Positions 49,903 through 61,846 of a stretch of 64,000 nt of DNA are shown piece after piece. The notes below the pieces were generated by a model. That model was not told where the DNA came from. It saw nothing but the letters and a program-made list of their open reading frames with translations, and made no database searches. The position numbers and the translations under genes were made by a program. Source of the stretch: Ptychomitrium polyphyllum (lineage: Eukaryota); NCBI GenBank assembly GCA_973851085.1, contig OZ316775.1, positions 4,774,001 to 4,838,000 on the forward strand, in the 5' to 3' direction. How positions within the stretch are numbered: position 1 is the first letter of the stretch; each line of letters begins with the position of its first letter.

Positions 49903-52900
49903 AGATCACGTGCTTGTTAGATGCCAGCTTCAACACATACAAGGATGCCCTTTGTGTTATTTTGTTCTCTTCACTCCCTACTCGGGTGATTCACATGCTC
50001 TAGTTTTCCTGCATCTGAGTTGGACTCGGCGTTGTTGAGGTATCTAGATGAGTTCCACATCCAAGGCTCTTGCTGTCATGGCCGAGGTTGCTCAAGCTTG
50101 GCAGCTACTTGGTCTCGTGTCAAACTACAAATGACAAGCGAGCCTGAAGTATTAGTGGGACAGTTTGCCAGCAACGTATAACTTCCCAGTCCTTGTATTT
50201 TAGTGAAGTAATTATCGGAATCGGATACTGAGAGTCGATAAGGGACACATTTTGTCGTCCTTATCCTGTACAAAGTCACCAGATGAAGATATACAAGTAG
50301 TCGTTGCTGTGATTTCCATTGATGTTGTTGTGAGATGCGTATCCTTTCAATTGTGTTAAACCGAGTCTACTGTACAGTTCTAAATGATAAGCGTATTAGT
50401 GATAGTATACTAGTGTGACAAACAAACTGAGTTTTTACTGAACCTTTTTTTTGAAAGGAAATCTAAGTTATTAGCTTGCAACTATTATAACATCTCTGCA
50501 AAGGGCAAGGTTGTTTTGTTTTGTTTGAGTACAAATAATCAATAAGTCAAAGGGAACTCAAAGGAAACTATTGTAACACAAATAGAATAAAAACTATTGT
50601 ATGTTGACTTACATAAGATATTCTCCATACTTCTTTAGATCTCTCTATAGTTTCCTCACCTTTCATTAGAGTTTTATGTTTGTAACCCACAATGAGACAA
50701 TATAATATTCATTTTGGTACTTAAGTATTTATATAAAGGAAGTAAAAGTGGACAAAAAGTAGGATACATAGTGTACTTTTTGGATAACTCTTGTATCCTA
50801 AATTTTTCAATTTATGAAATTATTGGAAGGATTTTTGTTGTTTTCAACAAATTCTCAATGAAGGAAGATAATCCTTAGTTGTAATACAAGTTTTGGAATT
50901 GTAGTATCATTTAAGTTGAATTTTAGAGTACTTTTTAACTTGAAAAATCAAATTTACAAATATTTCAAAAGATTTGCATTGCAAAGTTGATGCCAACAAT
51001 AGAAAACATTGTAATATTATAACTAATAGTTTGTGTGGTTTATGCCACTAGTTTAGTCATAGTAATTGCTTTGTAATACAAATTTATAGAAAAATATGAA
51101 AATTTTGTAATTTCCAAATTTTTTATACTTTTTTAGAAATGAAAATATTTGAAACTTAGTAGTTGCTATATATAATTTTAAAAAACTATTGAACCAATAA
51201 TGTATTCTTCTTTTACTTGAAAAAGTTTCTAATAATATAAAAAATACCTTCATGAGCCTTATAATGTGAAAGATTGAAGATATTTTATTAAATAAACAAA
51301 AAATTAAAGGAAAAAAAACATCAAAAAAATATCTTTTTTAATATGTAAACATTTGTTCCAACTTTAAACAGCAATGGAATGAAGAAGGTGAAATCAGCTA
51401 AGATTTCTTCATCAAAAAATATATTAAATTATCATTTGGTAGATTTGCATATGTAATATTTTATTGTAAATAATATAATTAAATACTTAGTAATATATTG
51501 ATGAAGAATTCTTTAAATGCCTCAAATTTCAAACATAAAGAATCACTATAGAATAAGAGTTATTATATGATATGAAAATTTTAAAAATTCAATGTAATTG
51601 ATAGTATATGTTATTATCATTATAATTCTTCAAAAGGACAAAATGTATTAAATTGCAACTTTGTTTGCATGCTTTCATTCCATTATCAATTTGGTAGTAG
51701 GCCATATATAAAATACAAATATATTAAAATAAATCCAAAGAGATTTAAATGAATAAACCTATATGAATTTTAGAAATAATAAATAGTCTTTAAAAAATAA
51801 ATGTATCTTTTGTATGAATCATCATTTAAGAAATTTTTAAACTTGCATATGATATTGGATGAATATAAGAATGACATATGGATATATTATAAACGTTTAC
51901 AAATCAAAGTCCTTATAAACATGTCAATGTAGTATTATTTGTGGAAAATAGTATTAAATGTCACAGAATTAGAAAAAAACAATTTGATAGTTCTTATTTA
52001 GTTTAATTAATTTAGATTTGTTTTTATTATAACCGTTATTTCCTTACAAAATTGAATATAGTCTTTAGACTTTTCAAAATACATTTTAATTTCAATGACT
52101 TCAAGTATGCTTCCAATCTCATAGAAAGGTCCACTATAATTTACACTTAATTTAATGTACTTTAAAATGGACATTTCATTAGTTGCTACTTATCCTTTAT
52201 TTCCATCAAATTTGTTGAAAATTAATCAAAAACATGCCATTGATGTTAATAAACAGTTCAACACCAAAATCTAGATTATTCGTAATCTAATCTAATTTAA
52301 AACAAGAATTTATTATGATGAATGCACTTAGGATCGAAATTGTATAATTTTTTGTATACCAATACATAATGTCCTTCAGATAAATGACCCTATACCACAA
52401 TCCAAAATACTAAAACAACATCCCACTTCTTCTCCAAATACCAAACTTTCTTAAACATTCTCTACAATAAAAGCAGGGTCGTCCAACTGAAGAATGTGAT
52501 GATCTCCTATGTGAGTACAGTACATGACTCCAGCTGAGAGAAGGCGTACAATACCACATACGATACGTAGTTTCCGAACACACGGCAGTAGGCTCTATTT
52601 CTGCGCCTACTCCAAATGGCGCCACAGTAGCTGAGCTAGGTTTTCAGATATAGGGCTCTAGGATTCTAGGGTTCGAGAATTTCAAGTTTTGAGGATTCTA
52701 GGGCTCTAGGATTTTGGGCGTAGGCGTTTCGCTCATGGGCGATGGTCCTACAGCTGAGCCTGCATCCCTTGCCATTGTGGTCACTCGTAGGGAGTCTTTC
52801 TGGTGTCGGAGTTTCGGAACTCAAGTGCAGTGCAGGTGCAGTTGCAGTGAAGTGCATGCCAACAGATCGTGGGCGACATGGTCGACGTGTGTGGGGTGCA

Positions 52901-52923
52901 GCAGGCAGTGTCGAGCCTGAGCG

Positions 52924-55900
52924 ATGAGCTTCCGCACCTTCTGCATCTCCCAGCAAGGGAGATGGAACTCCCGGTACACGGACTTACACTCGCACTCTTC
53001 TCCGCTCTGAATATGCCTTCTCACATTTTTCTCGTTCCTACAATTCGTGCTCATCATGTCATGTGTAGGGAACTGCATTTTGACATGACATGACATGGAG
53101 TTCTATGCTTGATTTGTAGAATTGGTGCCGATTATGGGGCCAGGCTGCAGAGCATGACAGTCATAGGGTTGGCCTAAACTTCCAATTAGACGCCAATTCG
53201 TTGCTTCTCTACTTCAATTCCCTCAGGCGGATTATAGTTAGAATCATATTTCGATCTCTGAGCTTGAATTCTTACTTGATGCGAAGTTCCTGAACAATGA
53301 CCCTGGAATGCATCTTATTGAGAGGGCGTGCTTCTCTTTATGCTCATTGTGGGGATTGTGGGAGCCGAGTTAGGAATTCGCATGACTGGTGTTTGTGGGA
53401 AGTGGATGTTTATCTGGAAACCCTAATCACTTTAACGATTTCTGTTCGACAGATTGATGCAGTTGCAGCTTGGGAGGAACCTGGGATTGTTCAGTCGCTT
53501 TCAGAGCAATGGCGATGCTGTTGCTCCGGCTGTAGCGACGTCTACCGCGTCCAAGAATCAGGTGTCAGAGGTTACAGAGTCTCGCATGATCGAGACTTTA
53601 GCCAGTGCTCGGGATGTGAGTGTCCTGTGTAAGCAAGGGCGTTTAAAGGAGGCGTTGGGTATGTTGAGGTTGATGATTCAACAGGGAACTCGTGTCTACT
53701 CTGACGTGTTCAGAGGTCTTTTGCAAGAGTGTGCTAGATTGAGAGCATTAGAGGAAGGCAGACAAGTGCATGCTGCGATTGTGAAGTGTGGGATAGAACC
53801 GAATAGGTATCTTGAGAACACGCTGTTGAGTATGTATGCCAAGTGCGGAAGTTTGGCAGATGCGAAGCAGGTATTTGATGTAATTCAGGATCGTAACATT
53901 ATCTCCTGGACTGCAATGATTGAAGCCTTTGTTGCAGAAGGTCAGAATTTGGAGGCCTACAATTGCTATGAGATGATGAAGCGGGCGGGCTTCAAGCCCG
54001 ACAAAGTCACTTTTGTGAGCCTTCTAAATGCATTCACAAACCCGGGGCTACTGAAAATAGGCAAGAAGGTGCACTTAGAGATTGTTGAAGCTGGTTTAGA
54101 GTTAGAGCCTAGAGTTGGAACCTCTCTTGTTGGGATGTATGCAAAATGTGGGGACGTCTCGAAGGCACGAGAAATGTTTGATAGATTACCTGGAAAGAAC
54201 GTGGTCACGTGGACACTCTTAATTGCAGGTCATGCACAGCAGGGTCAGATTGTTGTTGCTCACGAGCTTCTGGAGAAAATGCAGCACGAAGGGGTACCAC
54301 CCAACAAGATCACGTATGCAAGTATTCTTCAGGGTTGTTCTAGCCCAGCTGCCCTACAGCAGGGCAAGAAGGTTCATGGATACATCATTCAATCGGGATA
54401 CGATAAAAACCTCTGGGTTGTTAATGCACTTATTACCATGTATTGTAAGTGTGGAGATTTGGAAGAAGCTCGTAAATTATTTAACGGCCTGCCGTATAGG
54501 GATGTGGTGACTTGGACAGCTATGGTCACAGGCTACGCTCAGCGAGGGTTTCACGACGAGGCAATCGATCTCTTTCAGAAGATGCAACAGCAAGGTATCA
54601 AGCCTGACAAGATGACCTTCACAAGCGTTTTGACTGCCTGCTCAAGTCCTGCACTCCTAGAGCAAGGCAAGAAGTTCCACCAGCAGCTCGTTCACGCTGG
54701 ACACCACCTGGATGTCTATCTGCAAAGTGCGCTTGTCAGCATGTATGCAAAATGTGGAAACATGGAGGATGCACAGCAGGTGTTTGATCAGATGAGTGAG
54801 CGCAATGTTGTTGCATGGACTGCAATGATTACAGGTTGGTTCTGGTTGCTTGAAGCTCTTCGCTGTTGTTTATTCTTAAAATTACTCTTTTAAATCTTCG
54901 ATTGAGGGTCAGCCTTCCATATCCGATCGGTGCTTCTGTTCCCACGCAAGGTCTTCTGTTCACCTAGAGATATGTGGAACTATGGAACCTACCTTCCTGC
55001 AATGACGTAATATGAACATGTTCCTGCGCAGCTGCAGAATTTCTTTTATGCTGAATTCAAATGTAAGTATGTGAGACACCTACTGTGGGCTCTGTACCAG
55101 AAAGTATTGTGGTTGAGATGACTAGAGAGTTATTTAATCATGTATGTAGAACTTACGTGTGGTGTTTTCCAGGTTGTGCTCAACATGGACGATGCAGAGA
55201 AGCCTTAGAATATTTCGACCAGATGAAGAAAGAAGGGATTAAACCTGACAAAGTTACCTTCACAAGTGTTCTTTCAGCCTGCACTCATGTGGGGCTGGTT
55301 GAGGAAGGGCGTAAGCATTTTCGGTCCATGTTCATGGACTACGGGATCAAACCTATGGGAGAGCATTACAGCTGCTTTGTAGATCTTCTTGGCCGTGCAG
55401 GTCGATTAGAGGAGGCAGAGGACGTTATTCTGAGCATACCATTTAAACCCGGGGCTTCAGTCTGGGGTGCCTTGCTCAGTGCTTGTAGAGTACATAGTGA
55501 CATAGAAAGGGGTGAACGCGCAGCAGAGAACGTCCTGAAACTGGACCCTGCAGATGCTGGAGCGTATGTTGCTCTATCAAATATTTATGCCGCTGCTGGC
55601 AGATATGAAGATGCAGAGAAGGTACGGCAAGTTATGGATAACAGAGCGATTATTAAGGAGCCAGGTCAGAGCTGGATTGAAGTCAACGGTAAGATACATG
55701 TGTTTCACGTAGAAGATAAGTCTCACCCCCAAACGAAGGAGATTTACGCAGAACTCAATAGGATAACCGAGCAGATCAAGGAGGTGGGGTATGTACCAGA
55801 CACTAGCTTTGTTTTGCATAATTTGGATGAGTTGCAGAAGGAACGGCTGCTTTGCTCGCACAGTGAAAGGCTAGCGATCAGCTACGGGCTTATTAGTACG

Positions 55901-56068
55901 CCACCAGGCACACCCATTCGCATCGTGAAGAACCTTAGAGTGTGTGGTGATTGTCATACTGCTACCAAGTTTATTTCCAAGGTAGTTGGGAGAGAGATAG
56001 TTGCAAGAGATGCACATCGCTTTCATCATTTTCTGGATGGAGTCTGCTCTTGTGGAGATTATTGGTAA
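52924..56068 (+). CDS. PLS-class PPR protein with E and DYW deaminase domains; probable orthologue of moss PPR65 (mitochondrial ccmFC editing factor)
   Basis: P-L-S repeats, PG box (PGQSWIEV), HSE..CGDC zinc site, terminal DYW. Intron 54835-55172 joins MITG|CAQHG. Two small upstream exons (52924-52973, ~53120-53167) splice in frame to give MSFRTFCISQQGRWNSRIG.., a transit-peptide-like N-terminus (less certain). The PPR65 assignment rests on recollected similarity to Funariaceae PPR65. Confidence 0.9.
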
Positions 56069-57756
56069 ACGAAAACCGTTCTACTGTGTTCTTGCATTGG
56101 AATTATGATCCATTTTTGGCAAAATCACACGGATACTCGGATACAAATTCCAGTGTCCATTTTACGTCCATGATGCATCTATACGAAAAGCGCCTAGTAG
56201 TGATTCTTCTCTAAGACTCTTGTGTACACACGAGGTTTTCACACGAGGTATTATTCATAAAGTCTTGGAATTGATATTCGTTCTGTACGTCTTGCTATTG
56301 CCAGACAGGTTTCATGTGCATCATTTACATAGTACTGGTTTTTATTCTATTTTTTAAATATTTGTATAAAATTTTAGCCGGGACACAACGTGTTTTGTAA
56401 TGAGTCACATCTGCTTTGTCGTATTGCGCAGCTAAACGGAGTTTCTTTGATGTACCATATGATCTCTGGAACTGTCATTTTGGAACTATATGCCATTTTG
56501 GCATGTTTGCATATTCCGATCCAAACTGGCTGCTGAAAAGGGTCGTGATTGATGAATCTGGTGGATGCACGCAGTCGATGAACGTGGAGTAACCGGCGCA
56601 AAACTGAGCATACTTTTTGAGAAGTTGAGTCGACCGTCGAACAAATCAATCTTCAGACCGGTAGGACATCCATTGGATTGCTCTGTTTGAGTTATGCTGT
56701 CAAAACATAGGTACTGTACTCAAGTAAGTGAGATTTGTAATACTATAATGCGGAAGTTGGATACTGTAGGGCATGGAAATAAATCATAGTATTTCTTAGG
56801 CTAACAGCAAGGAGCTTCCTCTTTTAAATCAGGAAGCTGTGGAGAACGGGAGGCACGTCAAGCACACCAGGCGGTGTGCTCACTGGAGGTACACTTCCAG
56901 AATGTGATACTGCGCTGCATCGTATGCTTGCTCGCACAGCATTTCAAGCGCGCTTCCCATCTCATGCTGCGCCGTAGACACCAAAACCACTTCAGAATCT
57001 GCTGCAAAATACTTGGATGAGCAAGGAGGATGAAAGATGCTCAAGAGGGATCTTTTAGGAACATGAAGGGTAAGAGATGATCACCAAGACGACGTAGCCT
57101 TAAACACTGGCGCTAGAATCAGCGGTGGAAGCGATTGCCGAGATCAAGCTCTCCGAGTTGGCTTACGAACATGGCGTACAAACCGTGATGAAATCTTTCA
57201 AGAGGATTACACATATCTCTGGCACCACTATCCAACATTATTGCACAACCTCTTGCGACAACGAGAAATGCTGAAGAGACGCATTCTATTGTACTACCTC
57301 CTCTCCACGACCATCTCTTTCCTTCGTTCCAGAGGGGTAGGTCCTTCCAAATAACGCTGCAGAAGCGGCCCTGTCAAAATACGGCTTGTGGCTAGAAGAC
57401 TGCCATAAAGTATGCTCATCAGTAAGGCTGTGCGCGCGAACAGTAGCCTCCCGACATGAATGAATATACGGATGAAAGATTAGAATGAGCAAGATTGCAT
57501 TGAAAGATCCATGTCATATAAAGGAAGGGACATAGTACTTGTAATCTTCACCTATTTTCCTTCTAAAGATAAGGAGTTTATTTGTTGATTTTTTTATTGT
57601 ATTTTTAATTGTAGATTCTAAGTGATCTAATTAGCGGTGGATGGAACCTTGTAATGTTGAAATATGTGTTCAAATCATAAACATAAATATAAGTAGGTTG
57701 AAGAGGAAGATTAAGAGGCATAAGACGATACAACAAATAAATTTGGGTTGCATTAA

Positions 57757-57852
57757 TGGTGAGGTGGTGAGGTGGTGAGGTGGTGAGGTGGTGAGGTGGT
57801 GAGGTGGTGAGGTGGTGAGGTGGTGAGGTGGTGAGGTGGTGAGGTGGAGAGG
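57757..57852. repeat. (TGGTGAGG)n minisatellite
   Basis: 11 perfect octamers plus one variant. Confidence 0.97.
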
Positions 57853-58501
57853 TGGATGGTTTGGGGTGAACAGTAACAAATTCAACAGTAACAAACCCAG
57901 GATTCACCCTAACAGGTGCATGACCTTTAACTGTCACCACTTTGTCATCATCTTTTACTCGCAAAAAATCACAGATGCCATAATTCACTGGCTGTTGGCT
58001 GTATCGCATAAATTATCTTGTGCCATTTAAATTTTAAATAAATTAAATCTCTACATACTGGATTTGGTTTCCGAGGTTTCTCCTGGCCTTGAGAAACTTA
58101 AACCAGTGATATATTAGGAACTTGCACAATTAACCCTTCGAATTGTGAGCAGCCGTTTCTCAGAATGCATTGAAGCCTAAGCACTCTTCTAAACACTCTA
58201 GAAATACACAGAAGTAAAAAGACTAAAAGCAAAAGGTAAAAGCTCAAACTCACTTCAATTTACAAGCTTTGGCAATAATGCAGTAATAGGTTTAATGTTT
58301 CTCCTAGTTCTTCTCCTTTTCTCATGTAGAAGCAAATTGTAATGTTCTTGTTTGCCCCTTTACTACTTTTAGGATACATCACCAACCTTTGACAATATCT
58401 GGTGTTAATTAAAATCCGCCCTACTTAACAAATGATTAGCGGCTTAAACACGATGTTAGTAGTCAAGAATACTAAGCGATTGATTACACAACGTAAGCCT
58501 T

Positions 58502-58573
58502 GGGTATCTGGTCTAGTGGTATGATTCTTGCTTAGGGTGCAAGAGGTCGGGAGTTCGATTCTCCCGATACCCC
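58502..58573 (+). tRNA. tRNA-Pro (AGG)
   Basis: 72-nt cloverleaf GGGTATC..GATACCC, anticodon arm CTTGC-TTAGGGT-GCAAG, T-loop TTCGATT, followed by TTTTT. Confidence 0.95.
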
Positions 58574-58742
58574 TTTTTCGCTCAATGAAAGTTGATTCTA
58601 AAAAGTGCCCTTCTCGTCCACACCCTGGGAAGTTTTGAAACCAGGTCTCGGACGCCTATTATTGTACTTAATACAGAACTCCTACAGTTTGTCCACATGT
58701 GGGCTCCACGCAGGCAGGCGCCATTATTAGTACAACCGATGT

Positions 58743-58814
58743 GGGCACTTGGTCTAGTGGTATGATTCTCGCTTTGGGTGCGAGAGGTCGCGAGTTCGAT
58801 TCTCGCAGTGCCCC
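58743..58814 (+). tRNA. tRNA-Pro (TGG)
   Basis: 72-nt cloverleaf GGGCACT..AGTGCCC, anticodon arm CTCGC-TTTGGGT-GCGAG, T-loop TTCGATT. Confidence 0.95.
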
Positions 58815-59169
58815 ATGAGTGACTGATCTTGAAATGCTTTTACTTGCTCCTTATTTTTTAATTTGATTCTGGTTCGATTTCTGACATGATGATAAAACAG
58901 GAAGTCAACATTGGTCTCAAGAAAATTTGTAGGGGAAATTCTTAAATACTAGCATGATCATACATTCACCGACACAATAGAATTTGATTGAATACATCGC
59001 TTTACTACACAGAGTCTGGAGTGCAATAATACAACGACTGTTGCTCATGGTGAAGCTACAGAAAGTTATGAGGCAATACCATGACAGTGCAGAAGGGTGT
59101 GCCCACTGATATGGGTGGGAGCGAGTAGTCTTCTAGAGGAGGCTGAAAGGTACATAACAAAAATTGGAT

Positions 59170-61846
59170 CTAAACATCGTCCAGAGCAGCGACTCCGGGG
59201 AGGACCTTGCCTTCCAACAACTCAAGACTGGCACCTCCTCCAGTTGAAACATGGCTCATTTCGGCAGCAAGTCCAGCCTGCTCTACAGCTGCAACAGAGT
59301 CACCTCCACCGATGATGGTAATGGCACCCTCCTTTGTCAATCCTGCCAGGGTCTGAGCGACTGCTGTGGCACCCTTCGCGAACGCCTCAAACTCGAACAC
59401 TCCCATGGGTCCGTTCCACAAGACAGTCTGCAAGGCAGAAGAAAAGTTTTAGTCCGTAGCCACTTAACAATATGTCGCCGTTCTACCTCTTCAGTCTGTG
59501 CGTAACTTAAACACCCTCTGAAATTGAGGACATCGACACTCTCAAAGCCGCTTGGAACTGCTTGATCGAATCTGGACCAATGTCAAGTCCCATCCATCCT
59601 GTGAAGATTTAAGGCACGAAGAGGTGAGAAATGTGTGTCAGAAGCAAAATCCCAACAGCTGGATAGAGCGAACAAAACAGGAGATGTATTGTTCCTAGGT
59701 GATATGTGCAACTGAATTCTCTCCTGCAGTATACAATTGAAAATAACACTTGACGAGCCGTTACACAAAATATACTAAATGTAACCAAATAGCGCATAAT
59801 GTACCCTCAGAAATGCTTGAGGAGCTGCATGTCTGGGTGGCAGCATCAGGTGCGAACTTGTCAGCGGCAACAACATCAACTGGAAGAATAAGCTCAACAC
59901 CCTTCTCCTTTGCCATCGCCGCAAGATTCTTTGCCAAGTCAATTTTGTCATCCTCTACAAGAGAGCCGCCAACATTCTTGCCTTCAGCCTTGAAGAATGT
60001 GAAGATCATGCCACCTCCCAAAATGACCTTGTCGCAAACGCCCATCAAGGATTCGATGACGGTGATCTTCGACGAAACCTTGCTGCCTCCAACCTGACCC
60101 AAGGGCAGAGCAGAGTTAGCATTCCAGGAAATCAAAAGAACAGAGGGCAGATAACAAGAGCCGCACTAGAAATCACTCCTCAGCCCCATTCGATGAACAA
60201 CAAAACCTTTCACGTCTACTATCGCAATTTAAACTGTAATCAGTTACACTAATATCGAAAAGTTGACTTCTCATAGATTGAGAAGGCTCTGCATGCAGAT
60301 GATTACATTGTTGGAAGAATTTGAGATTAGCATAAATTACACAGTAGGAAGTGATAACCTACGATAGCAACAAAAGGCTTGGCGGGAGCAGATACGGCAC
60401 TGGCCAGGTATGTCAACTCCTTCTCAAGCAGAAGTCCAGCGACCTTCTTGGCCACGAAATCAGCAATTCCTGCTGTGGATGAGTGAGCACGGTGAGCAGT
60501 GCCGAAGGCATCGTTGACAAAGATGTCAATGTTCTTGGCAAGCTTCTTCGAGAACTCAACATCGTTCTTCTCCTCTTCCTTGTAGAACCGGACGTTCTCT
60601 AAAAGCAACACTTGTCCTCCCTGTCCACGTCAGAATCACAAAAACAATATTCATATGGGAAGGAAAAATCGTCCCTAACAAGTAGCAGAAAGATCTTCGC
60701 AATTCTCTTTACCGGGGTCTCGCAAGGATATATGATTCTTAAAGAAGTTGACTTCATATCCTCATCAAATTAAGTTTCCCCAGTCATACGCCGCCGTATT
60801 TTCTCAAGATGGCTCAGATTTTAAGCTGGTGCCGAGTGTGAGTCAAGATTCTGTTCATTCGAGGAGTAACTCTGAATCGGAAACACTCTAAAAGTCTAAA
60901 TAATTCTCTGGTAAACAGATAACCATCACAATAGTCCCATTAGCAGAACGTAGTCAAGACATTCACTTCGCACCTTCAATGCGGCAATCTTGGACTCAAC
61001 TTCAGATCCAACGCTGTCAGGTGCCAATTCCACGGTCTGTCCAAGGAGCTCAGACAACCTCCCTGCATGACAGCAAGAGAGAGTTGTGATTTTTATTCTC
61101 TGATACGAATTTAGTCGCAACAAAACGAACTCACTGGGATAAACTCAATGTACTGGAATTGGAGTCCCAATAGAGGTGATACCGCATTTACAAAAATAAA
61201 ACATGTCAAAGGTTTGCATATGTCAGACCCATGATTCACCAACTATTTGATCCAGAAAGGATCCACACAATGCTACATAAAATATGATAACATTCCTCGT
61301 GGATAGTACACGAGGAGTATGAACATCCGAAGCTATAGACAAGATTTTTTCGCAATGCGCGAGCATACCTGCAACAGGCTTCAAGCTGAACTAGTCCTCG
61401 GGGCCCTTCTTGGGGCGGCCCAAATGGCTGGCGAGCACATCCTTGGCTCCATTCTTTACGAGAAGCTCGATGGTGGGGACTGAAGCGCGGATACGCGTGT
61501 CATCGGTGATGTTGAGGTCTTTGTCCAGAGGTACGTTTAGATCAGCGCGCACGAACACAGTCTTGCCCTCGAATTCGCTCGAAGGGATGTCCTTGATGTT
61601 GGCCTTACGACCAAAGGCCTTCGCCTTGGATTCGAGCTGGGCAGGTTGTGCCTGTCCGGCGTCAGCACGGATCGCACGGAACTGCTTCTGCGCGGGCACA
61701 GCCATGCTGAAGCTGGCCTTCAAACGGAGGCTCTTGCCCATGAACGCTGACGACACAGTGGTGCGGGTCTGCACGGAGGCCTGGGATGCCACTCTCGTGG
61801 TCAATACGGTCGCAGCCACTGCGGATCCCATCGCAAGAGTCTCCAT
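59170..61846 (-). pseudogene. PGK: Phosphoglycerate kinase, plastid-targeted type, with a premature stop (probable pseudogene or null allele)
   Basis: Six exons: transit peptide + [85 protein letters not shown]. In-frame TAG at 61391-61393 (GPED*FSLKPVA). Confidence 0.88.

Noticed and set aside
57757..57852. CRISPR-like array, telomere seed or PHHLTTSP repeat protein
   Set aside because: No spacers, not TTTAGGG, and the ORFs are simply translations of the minisatellite.
58815..58900. Dicistronic tRNA-snoRNA downstream of tRNA-Pro(TGG)
   Set aside because: A TTTT terminator follows within ~25 nt, and the C/D-box-like words are in the wrong order.
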